Assembly: GCA_964443975.1 (NCBI GenBank)
Contig: CAYUFS010000015.1
Span: 11,711 to 75,710, forward strand
DNA from: an uncultured Myxococcales bacterium
GTDB lineage: Bacteria > Myxococcota_A > Polyangia > Fen-1088
Length of the DNA stretch: 64,000 nt
Direction of reading: 5' to 3'
How positions within the stretch are numbered: position 1 is the stretch's first letter; each line of letters begins with the position of its first letter. The notes below the pieces were generated by a model. The model had not been told where the DNA came from. It ran no database searches and saw nothing but the letters and a program-made list of their open reading frames with translations. This document shows positions 10,064 through 19,560 of the stretch, piece by piece. The position numbers and the translations under genes are program-made.

Positions 10064-11518
10064 ATGATGAAGCGAGATCTCCGATATTCGCGTCGCCGCT
10101 TTCTCAAGTCCGTCGGCGCAGGCGCGGCGTTGTTGCCGCTGTTGCAGTCGGACCGCAGCGATGCGGCCTGCCTCGTCACCGGCATCAAGCGAATGTATAT
10201 CGTGGCCTGGACGAACGGGATGTTGAGCAGCATCAACCAGTGGGCCACCGCCGGGGCAGATCCGAGCTCGTGGACCCTGGGGACGATGGGCTTCCAGGAT
10301 TCGCTGAAGCCGTACATGAGCGACCTCCTCTTGCTCAATGGCGTCGACTACAAATTCATCAAGGACATGCCCGGTTCGGGCGAGCGCACGGGTCACGCGG
10401 TGTTCCCCGGCATGCTCACGGGCGCCTATTATCAGACCCTCTCCTCGGGAACCAGCTCCGACCTCGCGGGCGGCCCTTCGGTTGATCAGTACATCGGATC
10501 CAACCTGGTGAACGGCGGCTACAAGGGCATTGCCAGCATCAACCAGGCGGCGTACGTCGTCAGCACCGGTCACCTCTCCTGGAAGGCCTCGGGCCAGGTG
10601 GTGCTTCCGAACCCCGATCCCGCCAGCGTGTTCAACCTCTACTTCAAGGGAGCGATGCCGGCTCCGAACCCAATGCCGACGGCGGACGCAGGGGCGCCGC
10701 CTCCCGTCGACAACACGAACGCGATCAAGAAGAGCATCCTGGACTCCGTCGTCAACGACCTGAATCGGTTCTCGAGCATCGTCGGTACCGCGGACAAGGC
10801 CAGCATCGATCAACACCTCACCGCCGTCAGAAACATCGAGACGCGCCTCGCGAACATGCAGATGGCAGGGGGCGGTTCGGACGCGGGTGTCTCCACGTCG
10901 ACGGGGAACGCGGCCTGCACCTTCCCGAGCGTGACCGCCGAGCCCACACCGGTCAACGCCACGGCTAACGTCCCAGCGATTGCGAAATTGCACATGGACA
11001 TCGGGGTGGCCGCCTTCGCCGCGGATTTGACCCGCGTCGCGGTCTTGCAAATCGGCGATCAGGGCTCGGCGAACCTGATCTTGACGTGGCTTGGATTCAA
11101 ATCGGGCGGGCCGCTTGCCTCGGACAACAACACCGGCGACACGAATGGGTTTCACGCCATCGCGCACGAGAACACCATGCGCAAGGTGACTTGCGATACC
11201 TGGTTCCAGAGCCAGCTGGCGTACCTGATCGGTCAGATGAAGGGCATCACGGACGCGAACAACAAATCGATGCTCGACAGCAGCGTCATCGTCGGCATGA
11301 ACAGCATGCGCACGGGCACCCACGAGACGACAGGTGTACCGGTGGTGATGGCGGGGAGCTGCGGCGGCTACTTCAAGACGGGCCGAAGTCTCGCGCTCCC
11401 GGCCGGGACGCCGAACAACGGTTTGCTGGTGGCGCTCTGCAACGCCATGGGAACCCCGACGACGACCTTCGGTCAGGCGAGCTACGGCGGCGAGTTGGCC
11501 GTCCTGAGGGGTCCCTGA
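10064..11518 (+). CDS. DUF1552 (HXXSHH-variant) family protein with Tat signal, pair 2
   Basis: MMKRDLRYSRRRFLKSVGAGAALLPLL is a Tat signal. A GAGGT RBS lies upstream. The motif is the HAIAHE variant. The whole protein aligns with the other two DUF1552 genes. Confidence 0.85.
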   Translation: MMKRDLRYSRRRFLKSVGAGAALLPLLQSDRSDAACLVTGIKRMYIVAWTNGMLSSINQWATAGADPSSWTLGTMGFQDSLKPYMSDLLLLNGVDYKFIKDMPGSGERTGHAVFPGMLTGAYYQTLSSGTSSDLAGGPSVDQYIGSNLVNGGYKGIASINQAAYVVSTGHLSWKASGQVVLPNPDPASVFNLYFKGAMPAPNPMPTADAGAPPPVDNTNAIKKSILDSVVNDLNRFSSIVGTADKASIDQHLTAVRNIETRLANMQMAGGGSDAGVSTSTGNAACTFPSVTAEPTPVNATANVPAIAKLHMDIGVAAFAADLTRVAVLQIGDQGSANLILTWLGFKSGGPLASDNNTGDTNGFHAIAHENTMRKVTCDTWFQSQLAYLIGQMKGITDANNKSMLDSSVIVGMNSMRTGTHETTGVPVVMAGSCGGYFKTGRSLALPAGTPNNGLLVALCNAMGTPTTTFGQASYGGELAVLRGP

Positions 11519-11561
11519 GATGTTCAAAGCGACGACAACGAGAGCGAACGGGAGAACACCG

Positions 11562-13511
11562 ATGAAAGCACGTGACGTGTGGCGGTCATCCTTCGTGATC
11601 GCGAGTCTGCTTTCGGCAGGCACCTTCGCGTCCTGCACGGCCTCCACCAGCTCGGTGGGCGGCTCCGGCGGCAACGGCCAGACAGCCTCCGGTGGTTCTG
11701 GCGGCGGCTCGAGCAACAATGGCAGCGGCGGGTCATCGTCGAACGGGACCGGGAACGGGTCCGGGAAGGCGAGCGGGGGCTCCGGGGCGGGGGCGGGACC
11801 GGGCTCGGGCACCGGCGGTGGAACGAGCACGACCGGCTCGGGCGGAACGGGCGGAGGAACCACCGCGGGCACGGGGGGCGCGCCGGGAACGGGCGGTGCT
11901 GTCGCTGTTGTCCCGATCGACGGCAGCAACCCGCCCGCTGAGGGCGCCGGCACGATGGTCATGCGGCGTCTGACCTACCGCGAATACGACCACATGCTGA
12001 ACGAGCTGTTCGGTGACCTCACGGCGCCCGCCGAGACGGGTGACTGGTCGCCTGATGCGCAGAACCCGCAGTACTTCGTGGTTCCCTCCAGCGTCGCCGA
12101 CCTCCAGGTCGACCTGTATGGCGCGACCGCGGACACCGTCGTCGATACGGCCCTCAGCGCGGTGACCGCCGGCAAGACCGCCGGCAAGTTCGCGATTCCG
12201 TGCAAGACCGCGCCGACCACCACGGCGGCGGAGACCACCTGCGCGACCCAGTTCATCACCACGTTTGGTCTGCCGGTGTACCGGCGGCCCGTGTCGGCCG
12301 CCGAGCAGACCGACCTGCTCGCGGTCTTCAGCAAGGTCCGGGCGCTCGGCCTCAGCTTCAACGCCTCCCTGGGCGCGATCGCGAAGGCCATGATTCAATC
12401 GCCGAACTTCCTCTACCACTGGGAGATCGGTCCGACGAAGCCAGTGGTCGGCTCCGATGGTCTGGCGCCGCTGACCCAGTGGCAGATCGCTTCCCGGCTC
12501 GCTTCGGCGCTCTGGGAGACCATGCCGGACGATACGTTGTTGCAGGCGGCCCAGGCCGGGCAGTTGAACACCCCGGCGGCTGTGTCGACACAGGTCACGA
12601 GGATGCTGGCCGACGCGCGCGCGGCCAACGGCCTGTTCACGTTTCACGAGCAGTGGCTGTTCAACTTCGGAAGCCAGGGGCGCGATCTGACGAGCCCCCT
12701 CAACAGGGCCAACACGAAGTTCACCGCGGGTGCTGCGGGCGCCCTCCCGACGGAGTTCGCGCAGTTCATCGCGTCCGTCTACGGTTCCGGCGACGGAACG
12801 CTCCAGACGCTCTTCACGGCGCCTTACGCGTTCGTCAACGCGGACCTGGCCGCCATTTATGGAGTCACACCGCCGGCCAGCGGATTCGCGAAGGTCAACC
12901 TCGACCCGGCCCAGCGCGCGGGAATTCTCACCCAGACAGCCTTCCTGGCCACGATGGGCAACGACGCCGGCCGAGACAATCCGGTGTATCGCGGCATCAC
13001 CATCTACTTGAAGGTGCTGTGCGGGCAGGTGATGGACCCGCCGCCGAACGTGCCGCCGGTCCAGTTCATCATGAATGGGACCACCCGGCAGTCGTACGAC
13101 AAACACGGTTCCTCGGATTGCGCGAAGAGCTGCCACGGCCTGTTCGATCCCCCTGGATTCGCGTTCGAGAACTACGATGGTATCGGCGCATATCGAACGA
13201 CGGAGGCTACCCTGCCGGTGGACTCGACGGGCACCTTCCAGACGCCGGGCAATACCACCATCACCTTCAAGAACGCGGTGGACCTGGTCACCCAGCTCGC
13301 GCAGAGCAAGGAGACACAGACCTGCGTCGATCGGCAGTGGACGCGCTATTTGCTCGGCCGTGGCGAGACCGCCGCGGAGTCCGGCTCGATGAGCTTGGCG
13401 TTCCAGAAGGCAGCAGCCACGAACGGGTTCTCGCTGCGCGACATGCTGGCGACGCTCCTGACGTCCAAGGCGTTCATGTACCGCCAGCCGTCGCCGGGCG
13501 AGGCGCTCTAG
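11562..13511 (+). CDS. DUF1592/DUF1588-type PSD/PSCyt lipoprotein, pair 2
   Basis: MKARDVWRSSFVIASLLSAGTFASC follows a GGGAG RBS; an alternative ATG at 11520 is 1 nt after the upstream stop. A GSG linker precedes RRLTYREYDHMLNELFGDL and a C-terminal CAKSCHGLFDPPGFAFENYDGIGAYRT block. Confidence 0.85.
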   Translation: MKARDVWRSSFVIASLLSAGTFASCTASTSSVGGSGGNGQTASGGSGGGSSNNGSGGSSSNGTGNGSGKASGGSGAGAGPGSGTGGGTSTTGSGGTGGGTTAGTGGAPGTGGAVAVVPIDGSNPPAEGAGTMVMRRLTYREYDHMLNELFGDLTAPAETGDWSPDAQNPQYFVVPSSVADLQVDLYGATADTVVDTALSAVTAGKTAGKFAIPCKTAPTTTAAETTCATQFITTFGLPVYRRPVSAAEQTDLLAVFSKVRALGLSFNASLGAIAKAMIQSPNFLYHWEIGPTKPVVGSDGLAPLTQWQIASRLASALWETMPDDTLLQAAQAGQLNTPAAVSTQVTRMLADARAANGLFTFHEQWLFNFGSQGRDLTSPLNRANTKFTAGAAGALPTEFAQFIASVYGSGDGTLQTLFTAPYAFVNADLAAIYGVTPPASGFAKVNLDPAQRAGILTQTAFLATMGNDAGRDNPVYRGITIYLKVLCGQVMDPPPNVPPVQFIMNGTTRQSYDKHGSSDCAKSCHGLFDPPGFAFENYDGIGAYRTTEATLPVDSTGTFQTPGNTTITFKNAVDLVTQLAQSKETQTCVDRQWTRYLLGRGETAAESGSMSLAFQKAAATNGFSLRDMLATLLTSKAFMYRQPSPGEAL

Positions 13512-13548
13512 GGCTGGCATGACGGCCAGCCCCAAGTCGTAAGGTCGA

Positions 13549-14628
13549 ATGGATTTGGCCTGGTTCTCCGGGTCGGCTGGTCGATCGCCCCTCGGTGGCA
13601 GCCCTGCCGGCACCCTGGGCTGGCTAGCTTTCGCGATGACGGCGCTTGGTGCGGCCGTCGGGTGTCGCGGGGGAGCCGCTCCGTCGGCGGCTCAGCCTCC
13701 TGTGCCGGCCGCGACAGCGGCGGCGCAGGGTGGCGGCGTCGGTACGGCGAGCGCCCCTGCTGCTCCGGCTCCCTCGGTCGCCGCCGCCGGGCCGGCGCGG
13801 ACCTTCCCGCCGGCGGAGCCGTGGGCGCGGTGGCCGATGCCGAACTCCGCCCTGCCAGGGCTGCCGAACCCGCACAAGTACGACACGAACGTGCAGGGCG
13901 TGGCGCTCGATCGGGTGACAGGGTTGATGTGGGAGCGAAGTCCGCCCCAGAAGTTCTTGACGTTCGAGGACGCGCAACGGAAGTGCGACGACCTGACGCT
14001 GGCGGGGCACGACGACTGGCGGCTTCCGTCGCGCATCGAGCTCGTCTCGATCCTGGACCTGACGCACATCCAGCCCTCGATCGATTCCGCCATCTTCCCG
14101 AACACCCAGAACGATTGGTATTGGACCTCTTCGGTGGCGGCGGCCAATCCGGCGGCGGCCTGGTACGTCTACTTTTATTTCGGGTATCCCAAGACGGACG
14201 ACAAGACAAACCAGTTCTCCGTCCGCTGCGTCCGCGGGACCCGTCCGGCGCCGGCGACCACGGCACACTACGAGATCAAGGCGGACGAGGTTCGTGACGT
14301 CGCGACCGGGCTCCTCTGGCAACGGAAGCCTCCCGCGAAGCCGTTGCAATTCGAAGCCGCCGGCGCCTACTGCGGGAGCCTCAAGCTGGGCGGGAAGAAG
14401 GGCTGGCGCATCCCGACGTTGCCCGAGTTGCTGACGCTCATCGATGAGCGTGCGCTGACGTCGCCGATGGTGGATCGAGCGGCGTTCCCGGAGACTCCAG
14501 GCGAGCCGTTTTGGTCCTCGTCCAAATTTGGCAACGGTCCCGACCGCGCCTGGTATGTCCGATTCGACCAGGGGACGGGCCTTTACGGACGTATCATCGA
14601 GCCGTTCCTCGTACGCTGTGTTCGATAG
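13549..14628 (+). CDS. DUF1566 (Lcl C-terminal domain) tandem-repeat secreted protein
   Basis: Two repeats carry DWRLPS/GWRIPT ... WYWTSS/FWSSS ... VRCVR signatures. An N-terminal signal is likely; a possible start at 13636 (MTALGAAVGC). Confidence 0.7.
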   Translation: MDLAWFSGSAGRSPLGGSPAGTLGWLAFAMTALGAAVGCRGGAAPSAAQPPVPAATAAAQGGGVGTASAPAAPAPSVAAAGPARTFPPAEPWARWPMPNSALPGLPNPHKYDTNVQGVALDRVTGLMWERSPPQKFLTFEDAQRKCDDLTLAGHDDWRLPSRIELVSILDLTHIQPSIDSAIFPNTQNDWYWTSSVAAANPAAAWYVYFYFGYPKTDDKTNQFSVRCVRGTRPAPATTAHYEIKADEVRDVATGLLWQRKPPAKPLQFEAAGAYCGSLKLGGKKGWRIPTLPELLTLIDERALTSPMVDRAAFPETPGEPFWSSSKFGNGPDRAWYVRFDQGTGLYGRIIEPFLVRCVR

Positions 14629-14637
14629 GGAGCTCTC

Positions 14638-16131
14638 ATGGTTCTGCGCACGCTGACAATCGCGACGGTGGCCTTGCTGGCGGCGCTGGCGCCACGGGCG
14701 GCGCTGGCGCGGAAGAACGGAATCGTGGCGTTCAGCTGCGATGGGTGCCACACGGGCGGAAAACCCGCCACGGTCGGATTGACCGCCAGCCCGGACAACC
14801 CATCGCTCGGGCAGATGGTCACCTTGACCATCACGGTGTCGCAGACCAACGGGCCGGTGGCTGGCTTCTATATCTCCACCATGCCTCAGGTCGGGACCTT
14901 CAAGACCATCACGCCTGGAACCCAGGTCACCGGCACCGGCAGCGGCGTCACGCACAGCGCGCCCATCAATGGAGGCTCGGGGGGCGTCACGACCATTCAA
15001 GTCGGTTGGTCGTCGAGCACGCCTGTCGGCGCGAATTTCATCCTGTACGCGCTTTCGGCGAACAATGACGGGACCTCGAAGGGCGACGCCGGAGGGTCGG
15101 CGGTCCTCTCGCTGACCTCGGGCTGCAGCGGGACCTCTTACTACCTCGACCAGGACGCCGACGGATACGGAACGTCCGACCCGGGCTATCAGGTCATAAA
15201 GGATTGCTCCATGCCTGTGGGTTACGCGCCCATCAATGGTGATTGCGACGACTTCACGGCGACCGTTCACCCCGGCGCGCCCGAGATCTGCGACGGCAAG
15301 GACAACAACTGCGACGGTAAGATCGACGAGAACCTCGGCAGCCAGATGTTTTGCCAGGACAAGGACGGCGACGGCCACGGTGTCCCCGGAGCAATGATGG
15401 TCATGGGGTGCACGCCGGGAAGCGGATACGGCGATTGCGGGGGGGATTGCAACGACAACGATCCCACCATTCACCCGGGGGCGATGGAGATTTGCGACGG
15501 CAAGGACAACAACTGCGATGGGCGCGTGGACGAGGGCGCGAAGGTCACGTGCGGCGTCGGCTGGTGTCGCCGCAACGCCGTGGGTTGCACGGCCCAGTGC
15601 ACGCCGGGCGCTCCGAACGTCGAGACCTGCAACCTGTTCGACGATGACTGTGACGGCGTGGTCGACAACGGCACCGACCTCGAGCTCTGCGGCGCCGCCG
15701 GCCTGAAGTGCGTCGAGGGCGTGTGCGTCGACTCGAGCACCGTGGTCAGCAGCGGAGGCGTGTCGGGCACGGGCAGCGGCGGCACCTCGGGCGCGGGCAG
15801 CGGGGGCGCCGCCGGTCCCGGCAGCGGCGGCGTGATGGGCAGGGCCACCGGTGGCACCAGCGCCACGGGGAGCGGGGGCGCCGCGCACCCTGCCACCGGA
15901 GGCGCCACGAATCCAGGTGTCGGCTCGGGCGGGACGTCGGATGGGGCGGGCGGCTCGGCCGTGAAGCCCCCTGGGGCGCAAGGTGGATGCGACGTGGCGG
16001 CGGCCTCGTCGGCGGCCTCGTCGGCACGATCGGCTGCCGATCGCCTGGGCCTGGCGCTCGGTCTTGCGGGGTTGCTCCTCGCCAGGCGCAGGACCTGTCT
16101 CCGCGCGCGCCGCGGCACGCCGACCTCGTAA
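14638..16131 (+). CDS. Cell-surface protein with MopE-like cysteine-rich repeats and MYXO-CTERM sorting tail
   Basis: Signal peptide. Repeated DCDD...PGAxExCDGKDNNCDG units. A GSG-rich stalk. The C-terminus is GGCDVAAASS...LGLALGLAGLLLARRR, i.e. GGC, then a hydrophobic helix, then an Arg cluster. Confidence 0.75.
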   Translation: MVLRTLTIATVALLAALAPRAALARKNGIVAFSCDGCHTGGKPATVGLTASPDNPSLGQMVTLTITVSQTNGPVAGFYISTMPQVGTFKTITPGTQVTGTGSGVTHSAPINGGSGGVTTIQVGWSSSTPVGANFILYALSANNDGTSKGDAGGSAVLSLTSGCSGTSYYLDQDADGYGTSDPGYQVIKDCSMPVGYAPINGDCDDFTATVHPGAPEICDGKDNNCDGKIDENLGSQMFCQDKDGDGHGVPGAMMVMGCTPGSGYGDCGGDCNDNDPTIHPGAMEICDGKDNNCDGRVDEGAKVTCGVGWCRRNAVGCTAQCTPGAPNVETCNLFDDDCDGVVDNGTDLELCGAAGLKCVEGVCVDSSTVVSSGGVSGTGSGGTSGAGSGGAAGPGSGGVMGRATGGTSATGSGGAAHPATGGATNPGVGSGGTSDGAGGSAVKPPGAQGGCDVAAASSAASSARSAADRLGLALGLAGLLLARRRTCLRARRGTPTS

Positions 16132-16161
16132 GGCCCAGGGGAAAGCGTCCGGGCCGACCCT

Positions 16162-19100
16162 TCAGGCCCCCGACGTCTCGACAAAGTCCAGGACAGCAAC
16201 GAGCGGAATGGCCACCGTGTCGGTGTCGAGCTCGAGCGCTTCGGTCAGCTCCATGAAGGCCTTCTCGATGACATGGGTCTCGAGGACGAGCGGGAGATCC
16301 TCCCGCGTGGGGAGAAAGCCGGCACCGCCGGTCGCGTCCAGATACGCGCGCAGAAATGCGCTCGAGACGAAGCGATGCCACGCCTCCGCCCAGGGTGACA
16401 CCAGCTCGCGATCGACCTCCCGGACGACGGTCCCGTCGAGGAGCGTCGTGATCGCGGCGTAGTGGAAAGATCGGACCATGCCCGCGACGTCGCGAAGGGC
16501 GGAGTGTTTGCGCCGCCTCTCCGCCAGCAGCTCGCCGGGGGGGCCCTCGAAGTCGATGATGACGAAGTCCTTCCCGGTGTTGAGGAGCTGATCGAGGTGG
16601 AAGTCGCCGTGGATCCGAATGCGCAGCCCCGTGAGACCTTGCCTGAGCAGCGGCTCCAGGGCCTTCAGCGCACGTTCGGGCTGCAACGCCAGCGCCCGCG
16701 CCCGGTCGAGCAGGCTTGGTGGAACCCGCGCGAGGCGATCGCGCAGCAAGCGAAGCGCCTTCCCCACCAAGTTGCGCATCGTTTGATACTTGGAACGACG
16801 ATCAGCCGATGTGTACGGCTCCGGGCGAAAGGATGGGTCTCGTTCGTCTGACGCCAAGACGAGGTGGAGATCCGCGGTGCGCCGGCCGAGCAACGCCGCC
16901 GTCTCGAGGTACGCGCCGATCATCTCGGCGACCGCCGGCGGCACCTCGCTCAGGGCCACGTCGGGGAGGCGGCGCGGGATCCCCACGGGCGGCGGTGTCT
17001 CGCGGGTGCGGGTGAGGACCCTCTCGAAGCTGCGCCGCAGGCTCTCGCGGGCGTGGGTCCAGGCCGTCCCCACGTTCGGTACGAGCGCCTGCAGCACCGC
17101 CAGCGTCGAGGGCTCTCCTCGGCCTTGGCGGAGCTCGAGGGCGCCAACCACTTGCGCGGTCAGCGTCGGCGCGTGGGCGTTCAGAAAGCGCGGCAGCTCG
17201 AGCTCGGGGCTCGTGCCGATCTCGACCCGGCGGAAGATCTTGAGGAGATAGCGGTCGCCGAATCTGACCGCCGCGGCAGAATGATGAGCGCCGATGTTGA
17301 CCGGCTCCGTCTCGGGCGGCTCGATCGGCGCGAACGGGGTGGCTTCGACCACTCCGTTCGCCGACCTCGAAACCTGGTGCTGGGCGAAGGCGTCGAGCAG
17401 ACGGCGGGCGGCAGGGCCGTCCTCGCTCGCATCGACGAGCTGGACCTCTCCCGGACCGATGCGGACGGTGGCGAGGGTCGCCGCGGCCGAGACGGGACGG
17501 GCATCGGTCACGACCGCGAGCGGGATCATGAGCCGTTCGGGCTCGCCGCCCGGATCCTCGGTCCGCAAGATCAGGAGGTGAATCCCCGATATTTCCAGGA
17601 CGGTCTCGATGCGGACACCGGACAGCCCGCCAGGCCTCTGCGCACACCCTGGCCGCGTGGATAGAAACGCGGGTAGGACCTCTTCGAGCGCACCGCGATC
17701 CTGTCCGCGAAACAGGCTCTCGAGGCTGGCCGCGTCGACGACGGGGGTGCGATGGCTGGGGGCGGCCTCGCCTGCTCGATCCACGGCCGCCGCCTCGAGA
17801 GAAAACCAGTAGAAGGCGTGGCCCCCCAGGGTGAGCAGATAGGGGAGCTCGCCGATGACCGGGAACTCCGTGAGCCCCATCAGCTCGAGGGGGGCGATAC
17901 CCTTCCACTTCAACAGGTCGAGCTCGACGAACTGAACGAACCGGGACAGGTTGGCGACCACCAGGACGACCTCGTCGCCGAGTTGGCGAACGAACGCGAG
18001 GACGCGGTGATTCGAAGGCGTCAAGAACTCGATCGAGCCGCGGCCGAAAGCGCGATACTGCCGGCGCAACGCCAGCAGCCGCTTCGTCCACCACAGCAAG
18101 GAATTCGGGTTGTTCTGTTGGGCCTCCACGTTGACGGACTCGTAGTGATACTCGGGGTCGATCGTGACCGGCAAGATGAGGCGTTGGGGATTCGCGCGCG
18201 AGAAGCCGGCGTTGCGATCTGCGCTCCACTGCATGGGGGTCCGGACGCCGTCGCGGTCACCGAGGAAGACGTTGTCGCCCATCCCGATCTCGTCGCCATA
18301 GTAGAGGACAGGGGTGCCGGGCAGCGAGAACAGCAGACCGTCGAGGATCTCGATCTTGCGGCGATCGTTCCCGACGAGCGGGGCGAGCCGCCGCCTGATC
18401 CCGAGGTTGATGCGCATCTCCGCGTCGTTCGCGTAGGCGCGGTACATGTAGTCTCGTTCCTCGTCGGTGACCGTCTCGAGCGTCAGCTCGTCGTGGTTGC
18501 GCAAGAACAGCGCCCACTGGCAGTTCGTCGGGATCTGCGGCGTCTGCGCCAGGATGTCGATGATCGGGAAGCGGTCCTCCATGTGCAGGGACATGAACAT
18601 CCGCGGCATGATCGGAAAATGGAAGTTCATCTGGCACTCGTCGCCCGCCCCGAAATAGGCGGCGGCATCCTCGGGCCACTGATTGGCCTCGGCGAGCAAC
18701 ATGCGATCCTGAAACTTGGCGTCGATGCGCGCGCGCAGGGCTCTGAGAAAGGCGTGGGTCGCCGGTAGGTTCTCGCAGCTCGTTCCCTCGGCTTCGTAGA
18801 GGTAGGGAACGGCGTCGAGTCGTAGCCCGTCGACCCCCTTCGCGAGCCAGAAGTCGACCGCCGAGAACAGCGCCTCGTGCACCGCCGGGTTCTCGAAGTT
18901 CAGATCGGGTTGGTGCGCGTAGAACCGGTGCCAGTAGTAGGCGCGAGCCGCGGCATCCCAGGACCAGTTCGACGGCTCGAAGTCCTTGAAGATGATGCGA
19001 GCGTCACGATAGCGATCGGGGTCATCGGTCCACACGTAGAACTCGCGTTCGGGGGAGCCGGCCGGCGCCTCGCGCGCACGCCTGAACCAGGGGTGCCGAT

Positions 19101-19464
19101 CGGAGGTGTGGTTGAGCACGAGCTCTGTGATGACGCGAATTCGCCGGCGATGCGCCTCGCTCAGGAACGCCTCGAAGTCGGCGAGCGTTCCGCAGTCGGG
19201 ATGGACATCCAGATAGTCGGCGATGTCATAGCCGTCGTCGCGCAACGGCGACGGGTAAAACGGCAGCAGCCACACCGCGGTCACGCCGAGATCCTGAAGG
19301 TAGTCGAGCTTCGCCGTGGCCCCCCGGAAGTCACCGATGCCGTCGCCGTTGCTATCCAGAAACGAGCGCACCCGAAGCTCGTAGATGACCGCGTCCCGGT
19401 ACCACGACGGGTTGTTCGCGAGGCGCTCCTCACGCCACGGCGGCCGGGTCCGCAAACGCTTCAT
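16162..19464 (-). CDS. treS: Trehalose synthase (GH13 maltose alpha-D-glucosyltransferase) fused to C-terminal maltokinase (Pep2/Mak)
   Basis: 1100 aa. The N-terminus (YRDAVIYELRVRSF, GDFRG, GVTAVWLLPFYPSP) is TreS/alpha-amylase family. The C-terminal ~450 aa is an aminoglycoside-phosphotransferase-like maltokinase region. Confidence 0.85.
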   Translation of the reverse strand: MKRLRTRPPWREERLANNPSWYRDAVIYELRVRSFLDSNGDGIGDFRGATAKLDYLQDLGVTAVWLLPFYPSPLRDDGYDIADYLDVHPDCGTLADFEAFLSEAHRRRIRVITELVLNHTSDRHPWFRRAREAPAGSPEREFYVWTDDPDRYRDARIIFKDFEPSNWSWDAAARAYYWHRFYAHQPDLNFENPAVHEALFSAVDFWLAKGVDGLRLDAVPYLYEAEGTSCENLPATHAFLRALRARIDAKFQDRMLLAEANQWPEDAAAYFGAGDECQMNFHFPIMPRMFMSLHMEDRFPIIDILAQTPQIPTNCQWALFLRNHDELTLETVTDEERDYMYRAYANDAEMRINLGIRRRLAPLVGNDRRKIEILDGLLFSLPGTPVLYYGDEIGMGDNVFLGDRDGVRTPMQWSADRNAGFSRANPQRLILPVTIDPEYHYESVNVEAQQNNPNSLLWWTKRLLALRRQYRAFGRGSIEFLTPSNHRVLAFVRQLGDEVVLVVANLSRFVQFVELDLLKWKGIAPLELMGLTEFPVIGELPYLLTLGGHAFYWFSLEAAAVDRAGEAAPSHRTPVVDAASLESLFRGQDRGALEEVLPAFLSTRPGCAQRPGGLSGVRIETVLEISGIHLLILRTEDPGGEPERLMIPLAVVTDARPVSAAATLATVRIGPGEVQLVDASEDGPAARRLLDAFAQHQVSRSANGVVEATPFAPIEPPETEPVNIGAHHSAAAVRFGDRYLLKIFRRVEIGTSPELELPRFLNAHAPTLTAQVVGALELRQGRGEPSTLAVLQALVPNVGTAWTHARESLRRSFERVLTRTRETPPPVGIPRRLPDVALSEVPPAVAEMIGAYLETAALLGRRTADLHLVLASDERDPSFRPEPYTSADRRSKYQTMRNLVGKALRLLRDRLARVPPSLLDRARALALQPERALKALEPLLRQGLTGLRIRIHGDFHLDQLLNTGKDFVIIDFEGPPGELLAERRRKHSALRDVAGMVRSFHYAAITTLLDGTVVREVDRELVSPWAEAWHRFVSSAFLRAYLDATGGAGFLPTREDLPLVLETHVIEKAFMELTEALELDTDTVAIPLVAVLDFVETSGA

Positions 19465-19560
19465 CCGTCGCCCCGGCCGCGCGTCGGCTCGCGTCCCATG
19501 TCACACACCCCGCAAACCTAACCACGATCGCTGGCGGGGGAAGGTCCCCCAGGGCGCCTT

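Noticed and set aside
9971-11962. 663-aa minus-strand ORF
   Set aside because: It is antisense to the DUF1552 gene (10064-11518), which has a clear Tat signal and family similarity. Its translation is Pro/Arg/Gly-rich with no domains, a typical high-GC mirror ORF.
11733-13613. 626-aa minus-strand ORF
   Set aside because: It is antisense to the DUF1592-family gene 11562-13511. Arg-rich low-complexity translation.
13624-15981. 785-aa minus-strand ORF
   Set aside because: It is antisense to the DUF1566 and MopE/MYXO-CTERM genes, which have strong motif support. Arg/Ala-rich translation.
16802-18768. ORFs 16802-18229 (minus) and 17752-18768 (plus) inside treS
   Set aside because: They are in alternative frames or on the opposite strand of the 1100-aa TreS-Mak gene. 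They have no independent support.
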